Shown: one piece after another, positions 35,076 to 48,200 of the stretch | Layout: each line of letters begins with the position of its first letter | Position numbering within the stretch: the first letter of the stretch is position 1 | From: Macrostomum hystrix | Taxonomy: Eukaryota > Animalia > Platyhelminthes | Reading direction: 5' to 3' | NCBI GenBank assembly: GCA_950097015.1 | Contig: CATNEN010000037.1 | Location: 620,001-684,000, forward strand | Length of the DNA stretch: 64,000 bases | Translations under genes and position numbers: made by a program | Notes under the pieces: generated by a model | What the model was told of the DNA's origin: nothing | Database searches by the model: none | Seen by the model: the letters and a program-made list of their open reading frames with translations, nothing else

Positions 35076-36280
35076 GACTATTGCGTTGTCATTTTGATTC
35101 TTTCGTCGTGTGTCTTTTCGCGTGTATTTTCGTGCTTCTTCGTTGCAATCGTTGTTACGCATCCTAGTAGTAGATACCGGGACAGGTAAACCGGTCCAAC
35201 TAGCTAGTCGAAGAAAACCCCACACTCAATCCCACGTCAGTAAGTAGCTTGCGCTGAGCTCGGTACGTCTGGCCAACTGCTGACGGAGTGTTAGATAGGG
35301 ATTGGCAAGCACGGAAGTACTCTCCATATCGCCGACAATCATCGGTGGGACGCCGTCAAATTGACATTAGGTGTGGTACGATAGAACTATCGTTGTGCTA
35401 TAGTGCGGAAGTGCTTGCTGGTCGCCTCGATTTCAGACTAGGGACTTTGGGTTAGGTTTTGTGTTATTGGTCTTGTTTTGTCATAGGGACTATGTTTTTG
35501 TAGAGGGTTATTTGTGTCAATTGTTACGTTATTTTCGTGAGTTCTTGTTTATGTCCAGAGCATTTTCGAGTAGAGTTCGCGTGTTCTTGTGTTAAGGCTA
35601 CCGAGATTTTGTTAGTAATTTACCAGTGCGAATTGTGAGCTTAATATTTAATCAAGTACAGTACCTGGCAAGGAACGGAAGGAGCGCTGCCAGGGGAATT
35701 AATCACTCATAGTTTTCTCTTGTTGACTAACTAACACTTAAATATCAGCTGTTTAGCTTGGAATCCTGAATCGTCTTGTCTTCGTTATTTTCGAGTTACG
35801 ACAATAGAGTCTCTCGCAAAGAGTAGGACACCCGACCTCATTTAGGGGATCTCAACGCAAAGAGAGACCTAAGTCAAAATATCACACAAGCAAGTTGCTG
35901 AATCCGAAAAACAAGCACGAAAAAGCGTCTCTAAAGTTTTTTGAAGATGAATGGTTTTAAAAGAAGTTATTTTTATTAAATGACAGTATGAATTTAACGC
36001 GTTTATAATTAATAGCGTAGTTGTAGAGTTTGAACTGCAATTTAATTGCAGAGTGACTGAAAATATTGTTGTTAAATATGACAAAGGCCCAACAAGATCT
36101 TGAGAACTATTACTCAGTTCAATTTGCCCTGTCTGAATCTTATGCATTTTTAAATAAATAATTTTTTTCAATTTAGTTGCACTTTCTCTAAGGCTCCCAG
36201 ACTGGGCAAATCAATGTCAAGTCACCTCAGAAAAAATAAATCAGTTAAACATGAGAACAAGACAGAGTTTAAGAGGCACA

Positions 36281-39200
36281 TTAGCGTCCGTTGCTGGTCA
36301 GCCGACAGCGCAGTCGGGCGCTCTGGCCGCATGCGCTGGCGCCGCACTGGCAGTCCTGCGCCGAAGGCCGCGCGCTGTCCCGCGCCACTCGGTCGGCGAA
36401 GGAGCGCGCAAACAGGGCCGCCTGCCCATTGTACTGGCGTCGGCGCAGATAGCGCAGATCGAAAGCCGCTCCACCGGTGCTGGAGGCGAGCCGGGCGCAC
36501 TTCCCGGCCGGCAGTCGGGTGAAGCCGTGCAGCGCGGCGCTGCCCTCCGGCGCTTCAACGGAGAAAGCTCGGCCGGCGTCGATGCCGAAAGCCTGCGACC
36601 GGCGGCCGTAGGCGAAGGTTGGCAGGCGCAGCTCGGACAGCAGGTGCAGGCGGACGCCAGACTCGTCCAGGGCGCGCCGCACCGACTGCAGTGTCCATCG
36701 GCCCTCGTGGCACTCGTCGCAGGCCACAAGGATCACATGCCTGGCCGCATGGGGACGCAGCTCCGAAAAGCGGGAGGCCAGTCGCACAGCATCCAGAGCG
36801 TCTGAGCGAACCTCGGCGCCAGAGTCGACAGTGTTGTGCACGTCGACGTTGGCCAGAGCCCCGGCCAGCTGTTCTGCGTTGCCAGTCAGCTCGCCGGCCA
36901 TTGTGTGCCAGTGGGACCGGCCGCTGGAACCGCGTCGATGATGCGCGGGATTACCAAAGCCAAGCAGGCCGAAGCGGACGTCGGTGACTCCAGCTTCGTT
37001 GAGACTGCGCTGCAGCTGGGCTGCCAGTTCTGGGAGGCGGCGCAGAGTGTCGCGACCGAGACAGCCGCGTTCCTCTAGCACTAGGACGACGTCCGCCGCT
37101 GTGCCGGTGGAGCTGATGCGCTCCCGCTGGCCAGCAAGCAGCTGGCGGAAGCCGGCGCTGGAACGAACGTCGCAGCGCATGCACTGAGTGGGCGGCCGAA
37201 GTCCTTTTAGACCCATAGCAGCGCAATACTGAATGTACAACTTGGCAGCACGACAGGTATGCTGACTTCTGGGACCGCTTTCTTTATCGCAGATATCCAG
37301 GAAGATCGCTGGGTTCACGCGGCTGAAACAGTGTTGGAATGGTGACCATGTCGACTTAAACAGGCTCAGGCACTCTGGGTCACGAGCTTCGCTTCCGGTG
37401 CTGCGGCTAGCCAGGTTGGTGTGGCGGCATCTGCCGAGTCGCCAAGACTGCGTGAATCGCAGGACGTCTTCAACACGCAGGCCAGTGCTGTCGATCAAGT
37501 CGTTGAACGCCTCATTGTCAAAGTTGCCCAGAAGGCCGGCGAGTCGGCCGTGGTACCACCCGGACACGCTGATTGTGTGCGAGTCCGCTGCCGGATCTAC
37601 GAAGACGGTGAAAAGGTGGCCGAGGTCTTTGGCATGAAGTCCAGAGGCAGTGCGCACGATGCTGAGGTTTCCGATGCTCAGAGGTAGCTCCTGTTGAGCG
37701 CCATCCACGAAGACGTGCAACCTCGGCGAGACTGTGATGCGTTTGCCGTAGGCGTAGATGTCGAGGCTCTTGCCAGACCGGCCGTAGCTCATTGTCATCG
37801 CCCAGCCGTGTCCACGGAAATCCCTAGCAAGCAGGTAGGTGCACTCGCTGCCGCGGAAATCGTAGTACCGACCGTCGAAAGTGATGATGTGCTCGCCAAC
37901 TACAGAGGCGACGCCCTTAAATTTGGGAATCCAAGATCCGGAAGGCATGTCAAAATCGGGGATGGCATCGGTGACCACATCTCTCACAGCGGTTAGCTTG
38001 CGGTGAAAAGTGTCGACAGAGTGGCGAATCGAGTTGTAACTAGCCGAGAGCCGGCTGTGGACATCCTCCAGGCCAGAGGAGGGCCACGACTGCAGATCAT
38101 TCCAAGCCATCGGAGAGTACACTTGAGCCTCGAATCTGCCCTGCTGTAAGTCCTGCTCGATGATCTCATTCTTGGACAGGCCTAAATAGTCGGTGGCAAG
38201 GCCGATAGAGTTCTGTCTCAAGTACTCCACTGCCTGAAGATAGTTGTCCTTGGCGAAGTCCTTGAGATTTTGCTCGATGTTAAAATTATCCAGGAACCAT
38301 TTGGATTGCTCATAAGCTCCGGTGACAAAGGAGCTGGCGAGTTGGGCATGCCGGTTCTCCATGATATCATTCAGACCTTGCCGCATTCGATACTGAGCGC
38401 CGTCAACAACGCTGGCCGTGTGCTCAGTCAGCTCGCCAAGCCGGCTTTCGATGCTCTGGTGGGCCGAAACTACCGCTGAGTGCAGCTGAGTATGAAGCTG
38501 GCCGAATGATTGGTAGTTAATATTGTTGATGGATTCAGCTACTCGCCTGTGGAGCTGTTGGACCACTGGGTCGCCGACAACCTTGCGATGGAAATTGGAG
38601 TAGGCGTTTAGAGTTGCTTGCAGTCCGCTGTGCGCAGCGTCAAGGGCTGGCCGAATGTTTTCCACGGCAGCGTTCAAGTAGTGCAGAGTGTTTCGGTTCA
38701 GGCTAGCGTGGACTCGGTCGGCGTGTCGCCTGTAAACTCCGTACGCGTATTGCACTCCGTCTCTGCAATTGCTGTAGTGCTCCCTTGCGATCCGGTGCAG
38801 CACAGTGCCATAGTACAGCGCGCTGAGCACAGCCCGCCTGGCATGGGGATGGACGTGCTCTCTGTACACCTGGCTAGTCCTGGCATAGCCGTACCTAGCC
38901 GCAGCTCCCGTGTAGAAACCGATGGCGGCTGCGGTCTTGCGAACAAAGCGAAGAATGTCACGACTGTAGAACTCATTGTGCGAATACATTTGCTCAAACT
39001 GGCTGCTCATGTAGCCAAAGTCTAGCCGTAAGGATCGCAGCTCCTCATTAGCGAATTCTGCAACACTGCTCAGGTCAGGCAACACTAGGTCTGTTCTTAG
39101 CTTGTTCAGCAAGTCTCGCACACACGTGAATCGAAGAGAATGAACGAATCCACTGACTTCAGCATACATGGATGGCAGACGGTCGCGCAGCGTGGAGTAG

Positions 39201-42200
39201 TGCAGCAGGGCGTAAGTCGGGTTCCAGTGCACACGGGTCCTCATCAGGTGGCGCGACTTCATCTGCACCTCAGCCAGCAGGTGTTGCATCTTTACCTGGT
39301 CAGTTGTACGATGAATATCGATTCTCAGGTGCCTGCTGTTTGGATACCCGATTGCAGCGGACACGCGATCGTTCTGACGCGGCTGATAGACAAACTCGAA
39401 GTCCGGCTTGGTTGTCCTAATCAGCAGCTCGAAACTCTTGCCGTGTGTGGTTAGTGTGTACTTTGTCACTTCAGGCTGTACATCGCGGGTCAGTTCAAAG
39501 TTGCACTGCCTTGTTGGCGACGTCATGTCCACGCGGACTGTGTTTGAGCTCAGCCGCAGAGCTGCGTTCATCCGCTTGCTCTGTCCATCGGAGCCAACGT
39601 ACTCAAGGGACAAACTGCCTTCCTTCTGTGCCTCAGTTCTTTTCAACTGACCTTCAACCTTTAAGTTGACTTTTCCGCTGTCCTGAAATAGCCGGCCGGA
39701 AATCTGAATGTTCTTCAGCGACACACGGGTTCCTCGCAGCTCCAGAACAATTGTATCCTGCCTATTGTCCGTGATGTCCATCTCCAGACGATTAGAGAAC
39801 AGAACTTGGCGTTCGCGAAGCGATGTGGCAAATGCAATGGAATACGGCTTCTTGTTTGCAACTTGCAGTTCGAGTCTCCCAGCCAGCTTCTTGTCAGGCA
39901 TGAAGATGCCGCTAATCTTGAAGCGCAGAATCTTGTCGCTCGAAGACTTGGCAGCGTCCCAGTTGAGGCTGGCGCTCAACTGAGCTTCGTCGCGCGACTT
40001 CTCCATATCGATGGTTGTCTCCAATCGCCGGGTGGGTAGAGTCAGAGCAACGGTCACGGAGGCCGCCTTCTTCAAGTAATCGCTCTTGTTCAAGCTGTGA
40101 ATTGTCATCACAAGCGGTGCTGTTGTCTGCTGGTTAGGCGTGAATTCCACCTTCAGAGTGAATCCCCTGGGCGAAATCTTCACTTCTCTGTTCAGAGCGA
40201 CTGTCCTGTAGGGCGTTCTTAGCGTCAGGAAGGACTTGCCGCTCAGGCTATAGTCAGTCTTAGACACTTGAGCGTTAAGGTGGAACGGAACGGTATCCTT
40301 ATAGGTGATCTTGAGTTCGACAAAGTTGACCTCTCCCAGACTAAGTCGATAGTCGATGCGGACAGGATGCTGAAACTCCATTCTGATCACACCTTGCTCC
40401 TGACTGCTGTTGATGCTCATTCGATGCCATCTCTGATCGTCGATCACGATGCTGGACGAGTGCTGCAAGCGCCCATCGTGCAGAGCATGACCAACTTCGA
40501 TCTTCGCATTCCTCATCGCACTGAGTGATGTTTCAATCTGTACGCTGCCGTTCACCAGGGATCTGAGACCCTCGTAGCGCATATTGCCAGCAGCTGTAAT
40601 CTTCACAAATTGGTTGTAGGGTAGCTTGACCAAGATGCGTAGTCGCGGTCGTGACTCTTCCTCATCAGCGAAGATCTTTAGGCCAACCTTTTCGAAGCCC
40701 GCAATGGGTAGACTGGTTCGAAGACTCAGGGACTCGGAGGTGGCGTTGCAAGCTAAGCTGATTTCGTTATCGTTAATGGAGGCTACAAGACGTCCGGAAT
40801 GGTCCCTATGCTGCACCAGGATCTGCAGCTTCCTGAAACCGCTGTGTGGAGTCTCGGCCTTCCAGCCAAGTACTCCGCGAGGAACGCTTGCTGATGCGGA
40901 CTCCTTCTCAACGTTTAGTGAAGTAGAATAGCGCATATCGTTCACTTCAAAGACAGCTTGGGCAGCAAACCTTCCAGATAGTCTGTCTGTTACAGACATG
41001 ACTGTACTTATCTTGCTGAAGGTTGTAGAGGGCGTCATCAATTCGACCTTGAGCATCTTATGCGCGCCAGAGTCAATTGCGAGTTTGCCCTGTACAACTT
41101 TCTCAGCGTAGCGAATCTCAGCATCGATGCTGGCTTTGTTTGGCTGCAGGTGCGGCTGGACAGAAATAGACAGGTGTGGCAATACTGGACAGCTAGATTT
41201 CACGACGAGGCTGTAGGAATTGTTAACCTTCACCTGGACGAACGATGTATCCATCCACGAAACGGCAGCGCTTAGCTCTTTGTCTAGCTCGACTTTGACA
41301 GCCAATTTTCTCATTGGTGTCATCTTCTCAATGAGTTTCATTTCACAAATCCACTGGGTGGCGCTTGTCACTGCGATTTTGCCGTTGTAAGCTAACGGCT
41401 GCCAGTCATTGATGCTCATGTCTAGAGTCTGCTGTAAACGACGCCAACTATCGCCACTTTGTGTGAATTCAAATTTGGCCTTGTGATTCGGCAGAATGGT
41501 TAGGAGATCAGAGTGGTCCAGACGAGCTTTCAGCACCAGATTGTTGATTGCTTCCAATCGAACCTCGACCCCAGTCTCCAGTTTTCCCGATTCTGTCCTC
41601 AAGCGTCGCAGAGTACTCAAAGCTTTTAAGCACTCCCTCCAGTTTCTTGTCGATCATCATCTTTCCTGATGGGATTTCGAAATTTCCTTTCACAACTAGA
41701 GAACGATCGGTGACCTGCACTTCCGCGTCGACTTTCAGGAGGTTCGGAGAGTTCACAGTGGCCGCACGCATCTCGAGCTGGTAGCAGGTCGGGCAGGTTC
41801 GCTTCATGGACGCTCCGGCACCTACGATCTTGTGGTAGTAGTTAGATTTAAACCATGCGGCCTTTTCGCCCGGCGAGTTGACAAACTTTAAATGGTGATA
41901 CTTCACACCCCAGGCGCTGTCTTCGTACTCAAGCTTCTCCGGACTCCAGGAGAAATTCTTCGTCAGCATCTGCTCGGCAGCGCGTCGGACAATGATTCCT
42001 GATTGCATAGAGGCGCCTCGAAGAAGATGGCCTTCAGCGTTGATTTGCCACTCACCCGCCTGAATCTCATACCTCCAATCGTGTCTTTTCTGATCGTTCA
42101 TTCGGTGGCTGAAGCCTAGTTTGTAGCCGAACCCGTGGAAGTTTGCCTTTGCGTGCTGCCCGTTCTCAATCTTAAAGTTACCAGTGACTGTGTGGGTCTG

Positions 42201-45200
42201 CGTCAAAATGGCAAGGCTGTGTCGAAAACTAAAGTCCTTGAAGGATCTGTGTTGATGTTCAAGACGCAGGTAGCTGAGAGGCGTCACGATTTCGATCAGT
42301 TTCTGCTCGCCGACTAGATTCCACCGGCTGCGAACGTTGATTGGACTGTTTTTGTTCATGGCCACGCTGCCAGACACTCGGCCAGTCGCTAAGTTGGTCT
42401 CGGCTGTTACCACGCCTTGGATTTTCAAGGACGCAGGCAGGACAATTGAGAGCAGGCATGACTCACAAACAATCTGATGATTGAAGCTGAAATCGTGCCT
42501 ATTCCGGTGGTTGTGATGAAGTTTCAGCTGGAAGGTTCCTGCTTCGACCGTCAGATTTTTCTCGGATCCCTCAACTATTCCAGAGTCCATTGAGCACACT
42601 CTCGCCATTTTGCAGTCTCAGCGCGCCAGATTTCCAAGTGGGGCTAGCATTCAGCACTCCAGTCATGTTGCGCGTTCCTTCAGGTAGATTAGCGACTACG
42701 GTAATTTTTCCTGAGGTTTCCGTCTCCTGAGCGAACTCCAGCTTTCCGAACGTTGAATGAACAATTTTCAGAGTCCTTTGAGGCGATGTGAAATCCCACG
42801 AACTGCTGACCTCCTTCGTAGTTTCACTTTGGCCAAGCGCCACTCTTACTTGGCCTCGCCAATTAATTCTGTGATCCCAGGTAAAAACGATCGGTCCTGA
42901 CCAGTGGGAGCTTGCACGCAGGTTCACTTCAGTGAGTCGGTAGAACACGGTTGGATCATACACTCCACTTGAGCTCAACTTTTCCAGTCCGAAGTCAATC
43001 TGGTGGCGAAAATGAATCCTGCCATCGATAAGCCTTCCGTTGAGATCGACTTCCATTCGGTTCCATTTCAAGTGGACCCGCCTCGACTCGCCAACGAGGT
43101 CCCAGTTGGAATTGACCTCAATGCGCGGAAGCGGTCCTCCGTTATGCGAAATGGAGAATGTGCCCTCACGCCAGTTGCGAAGGTTATGCTCGATTTTTGT
43201 TGTAGAATCAATCTCAAAATGATCGCTGACGAGATTGATCTGTGTGGATTTAGGTGTGCACTGCCCAAGGAGCTTGTACATAATGATTTCGCCAACACTC
43301 GCCTCCGCGCTGTACTGCCCGCTGTTGATGCTAATCATGTGCCGAAAGAGGCTCGTCTCATCCCGGTGCACAGTGGTTTCCGCGCTCATGATGCGCGAAT
43401 CCGATCTTGCTGTTGTCTTGTGAAGCACTTTCCATCCGGCTGCAACTACCTTTGCGCTGCAGCTGTGGTCCTTCCAGCTATTGTGCAGGTGCTGAAACTT
43501 CAGCCCGAAAGTAGGAATCACTGCCGACTCCAGAATAGCGTGACCATCTATCTCTGTGTGATATTCGCTGCGTGAAGATGGTCTTACAGCAAAGCCGGCC
43601 TTGAATTCGTGCTTGCTGCCTCCGTGGTTAACAGTGTAGCGGCAGTTAAAATCTTTCAGTGAGTTGTGAATGTGCTCTGTACTAAACCGAGATTCTCCTA
43701 CGCTTAGCTCTGCTCGAAAACTTTTTCCGTCCACTTTCCAGCTTCCGCCGATGCCTGGAAGCTGGTGGCTTCCTTTCTGCTCAAAGGTTACGGAGCCTTC
43801 ATCTCTGCTAATTTGGTGTCTCAGTCGGGCATTCCGTGTGAAATCCAATCAAATCGCTGTTGAAATTCAGACTGGATGATCTGTGCGAATACGGTTCCAG
43901 TCAGGTGGCCAATGTTGGTTGAGCCGCTCTTTTGTCGAATAGTGTAGTGCCCGTTTCCAATCTTCATCTCGGTCTCATAATCCAATAGATTGAAGGTGGA
44001 GCTGAAATCTCCATTGCTTAGCTGAATTAGGCCAGGTGTGAGTGGCCGCCAGATCGCCGTGTGTGAACTTGCAGCGCCACATCGAATCCCTCCAGTTCGT
44101 GTTGTAATGATATTGCAGCTCAGCACTAGTTGGTTCCATAAATGGTGTCACAACATCAACTTTAGCGTCAGTTTGGCGAGCGAAATCTTTGTTGTTGGAG
44201 CCCTTGTGCTCGAACTTGGCCTTCAGATCCATGTAGTTTCTGCCGTTGTACAAGAATGTGTGGACCAGACTGCCGTGCGCTTCACCAATCACAATTGCGG
44301 CATTCATCTGTAGCTCTCGAGCTGGACTTTGGTAGTGGAGGCTGGCATCAAAGGTATTTTGACCTTTCAGCACGTGGCTATTTAGTTTGTAGTGCCTATC
44401 GCCAATGTTGTATTCGTGCTTAACTCTGTGTCGTCCCTCCCGATGTTCGTGATGCAGCTTCACAGAAATTGGCTGCCAAGGGTTGTCGATTCCCAGCTTC
44501 GTCTTAAACGTGTTGTCATCGACCTGCACGTGTTCAATATGAGCTGCAACTTCATTTGTGCCATAGACAATTCGGATCTTTGGGTTTGTGATGGTCCTAA
44601 AATCGACCGTCATCTTCATCGGCTTGTCAGAATTGATGTCGATTTCTACGCTGAACAGCTTGACTTCCGCATTAAAGGACATCTTTGCAACGCTTCTTTG
44701 ACTGAAGAGCTGCACATCAACAGAACCGCCGAATTGACGCCTCCAACTGCTAATTTCCTGTTGTGTCTCTGAGCTGAAGATAACCTGCTTCCTGTATAGA
44801 ACATGAAGCCTTTGACTGAAGCTCTGAGTCTTGTACCCAGTCTTGCTGCAGCTGGCGATCACATTTACGACTTCCTCACCATTCAACTTCAGCAGAAGAT
44901 CCAGTTGCCGGCGTCCCATCTTAATCTGAGTCTGAAGGTGAGTGCCTAGAGCGCTAAGGTCAAGTGTCGTATGCAGCTCGTTCTGGTAGATTGCTACTAG
45001 CTTTGCGCCTAGCGGCTGATCATCGGATAGAATACTGGACGCGACCTGCAGATCGGCTTCAAGCTTAGAAGGATTGATCTTGGACACCCAAGAAACACTG
45101 TGTTTGGCTCCGGCTGCCGTAAATAGCTGAGCCCGCGCTACCAGCTCTTGGTCCACTGCGGATGACAGCCAGCCCCGATGGTACTTTGAGTCCAGGTTTA

Positions 45201-48200
45201 CATCGATTTGGTTTCCAAAGAAGTTAGCACCGATCGTTAGCTGCTTTAGCGTCTTTTCAGACTTCAGGCTCACAACAGTTGCCAAGTCTCCTCGAGCCAA
45301 ACCAGCAACCTTTACACTGATTTCGCTGAGTCGTTCAGTAATAATTCGATGCACCTGGAAGTTTAGACTTCCTTGCTTCACAAATTTGAAGTTGTTTAGG
45401 CCACTGATGCGAAGCGTGGCGCTGGTTAGCCAGTTCGTGGATCCGATTAGATTAAAACTATCCGTCTGAGTCGATAACTCTACATCCAACTGCATCGCAT
45501 GCTTGGTCGGCTTGCTAATTGTAACACTGCCACTCACATCTTCGAATTTGATGTCCATGACTGGAAGATGGAATGATGTCTTAAAGCTAAAATGGCCTTC
45601 GCGAATAGACATTCGATGCCAGATACGCACGTCGGATTGTTCCAGGCGAAACATCATGATAGCATCCTTGAAGTCCACGCCAGAAAAATCCCATTCAGCA
45701 ACCACGTTCTCCATCTTGTCGTAACCGAAAAGTCGCTTCACCTCAATAAAGCCACTGTGGGGCGGACGAATATTCCAACTCTTGTCCGTGAACATTGATG
45801 TCAGCCTCGCTGTGATTTCGACTTGAATTTCGTTGTTGACCTTATAGAAAAAGTTCACAGCTCGGTTCTCCTCGTGCCCCAGTCGCTTTAGTTCAACTTC
45901 ATACAGCTTTCCCAAGAGGTGCATCCGCAGTTGAAGTCCTTTGCTATTCGAAGTCTTCGACAGCTTCACACTATTGGAGTAGTCGTTGAATGCAAAGCCG
46001 ATATCCAATTCACTTTTCAGATCATCACTGGTCGCCTTTGAGTAAACATCCAACAGTCGAAGGTTGCTCGCTGGTGTTTCAAGCTTCAGTCTAGCCATCA
46101 GTTCATCGATGATGCTCCAGTGAGCTAGGCCAGAGAAGCGACTCATTCCATACTGAGTCGTGACCTCGAATTTGTACCGACGAAGGTTGCCCGCAGCTTG
46201 GAAAGCGAGCTCCATTTGTGGAAGATTCGGCAACATCAAAGCGCCACGAACGTGAAGACCATCGGTGAGGTCGAAAATTGCGGTAGTCTTCAGCTCCTGG
46301 GCGGGCAAAAGAACCTGCGCCTCCCAGTGGAAGGGAATTGAAGTGACCAATCCTACCAACTTAAACCCAAATCGTTCGTAGCCGGAAAATGGTGTCGTGA
46401 TCTTAAAGGCGACTGTCTTCTCTTCTCTTCTCCAGCTGAGCTTAGCATCTGCAGAAAACTTCTCTTCTTGGTCCAGGAGAATAGAAACTTTCTCGTCGAT
46501 AACCTTATTGCTAAAATCGGATCTTGAATGCCACACAAGGCTGCCCACCTGGCTGGTTCCAACGCTGACAACCAACTTCTTGTTATAGGCATCATATACG
46601 CTACCGGCCTTGAAAAGTAGCTTGTTGGCATTAATGAGTCTCACACTTATGTCTGTAATCAAATTTTCGTGTCGCTGAACATTTCCGAACACTACCTCAA
46701 AACTGGGAACTTGCTTGAAACTACTTTCGAAAGCAAACTTTCCTGTAGTTGGTGCTGAAAAAATTTCTTCAGTTGATTGCCACATTGTCTTGATTTTCAT
46801 GCTTCCTGTGCATGGAGACTGGAGTGTTAGGGTGGCGTCTACCATTGGATGCATCTGGATGCGAACAGACACTTCTGTCTTTTCAATTCGACTCCATGGA
46901 GCCTCAAGCTTGAACACCACTCTTTTCGAGTTCTGATCCGCTAGGTCGATGTCGCAGGTAGCACCCCAAGTCTGGTCAAAGTCATCGACGTGCAGGTTGG
47001 CATTCAAGTCCAGTAGCACCCGAGCTGGTTTTAGTTCCCACGATGCACCAACCTTCACCGCCGAGGTGATAGCGAAAGAGCCAGTCGTGCTCGCTTCGAC
47101 GCTAAAATGGCCCTTCTTTAGTGCCAGATGAGTGGAGGCCTTCATGCTGGGTGAGTTGACAGAAGCTACGAAGTCCCAGGCAGATCCGCTGTCTGTAGCC
47201 TCTGCGTTCCAACCAGCAATGTTCAACTCGTGACGCTCAGACATGAAGGTTGCTGCGGCAGTGAGGTCGTTGTCTCTGACGCGTAGCTCCAGGCTTTGTA
47301 CTCCGTATTTCCTAGTCTCCAGATGGGCACCAATATGAAGCTTTTGTTTAGCGTCAACTTCAAGAGAGAATCCCGTCCTGTCCCAAGAATTGAATGGTGT
47401 ATGGACAGTGATACTAGTATGAATCCTGCCTGATTCAAAAGTCACTTCTTCAATAAGTGAGTAGCTACCGAGTCTGTTGCAAGTGAAGCTGTAACTACCC
47501 ATTGCTTTGTACAGAGTACTGTTCTGCCCACTGGTAAAAGTGGATTGAACGTTTAGCTTCTCGTCCAGTTTCTCGATGTACAAAGCTGCCTTTACTGTGG
47601 TTTTGGTGTCCGTGCCAACTACTGTACTCTGGCCGTTTAGTTCCAAGTTGTTCTCACCCAAAAGAGGATTCTTCAGTTTCATGCTCAGCTTAGTCTGCTG
47701 ATTTGTGCTTAGCCACTCGAACGCCACTGAAGTAACACCGATGGCGTGATGCGGAGCCTCGAGCGTATAGCTGCCAGTCCAGTCACCGTTAACATTTTCA
47801 GTCTTGCCGTTATACTTCACTGGGCCAAGTATACTGTTTTGAACCGAAATTTCTTGCACTTGAGGAGTCAGTGTCCATGTGATCTTTGAGACTGCCGCCT
47901 CGAACTCACTCTCAAGAGTGATATCACCAGACAAGTTGCGTGTCTTAGTGTTGGCTCTCAGCGAAAAGCCATGGTTGCCGAAGTAGTCCTGGCTGACTTT
48001 TGCTGACAGCTGCTTCACTTCGGCGGTGCTGGCTCCGGAGAGAATTAGTTTATTGTCAGTGAAGTGACTAAACGGAGTAAGCAAATTTACAGCCACGTCG
48101 AACGACTTCGAAGTCGTCTGGTAGACCACGCGTAGGACGATTGGATCTGAGTCTGGCCAACGAACTTCGATTTCCGGATGTGCTGAGACGGTAAACCTCG

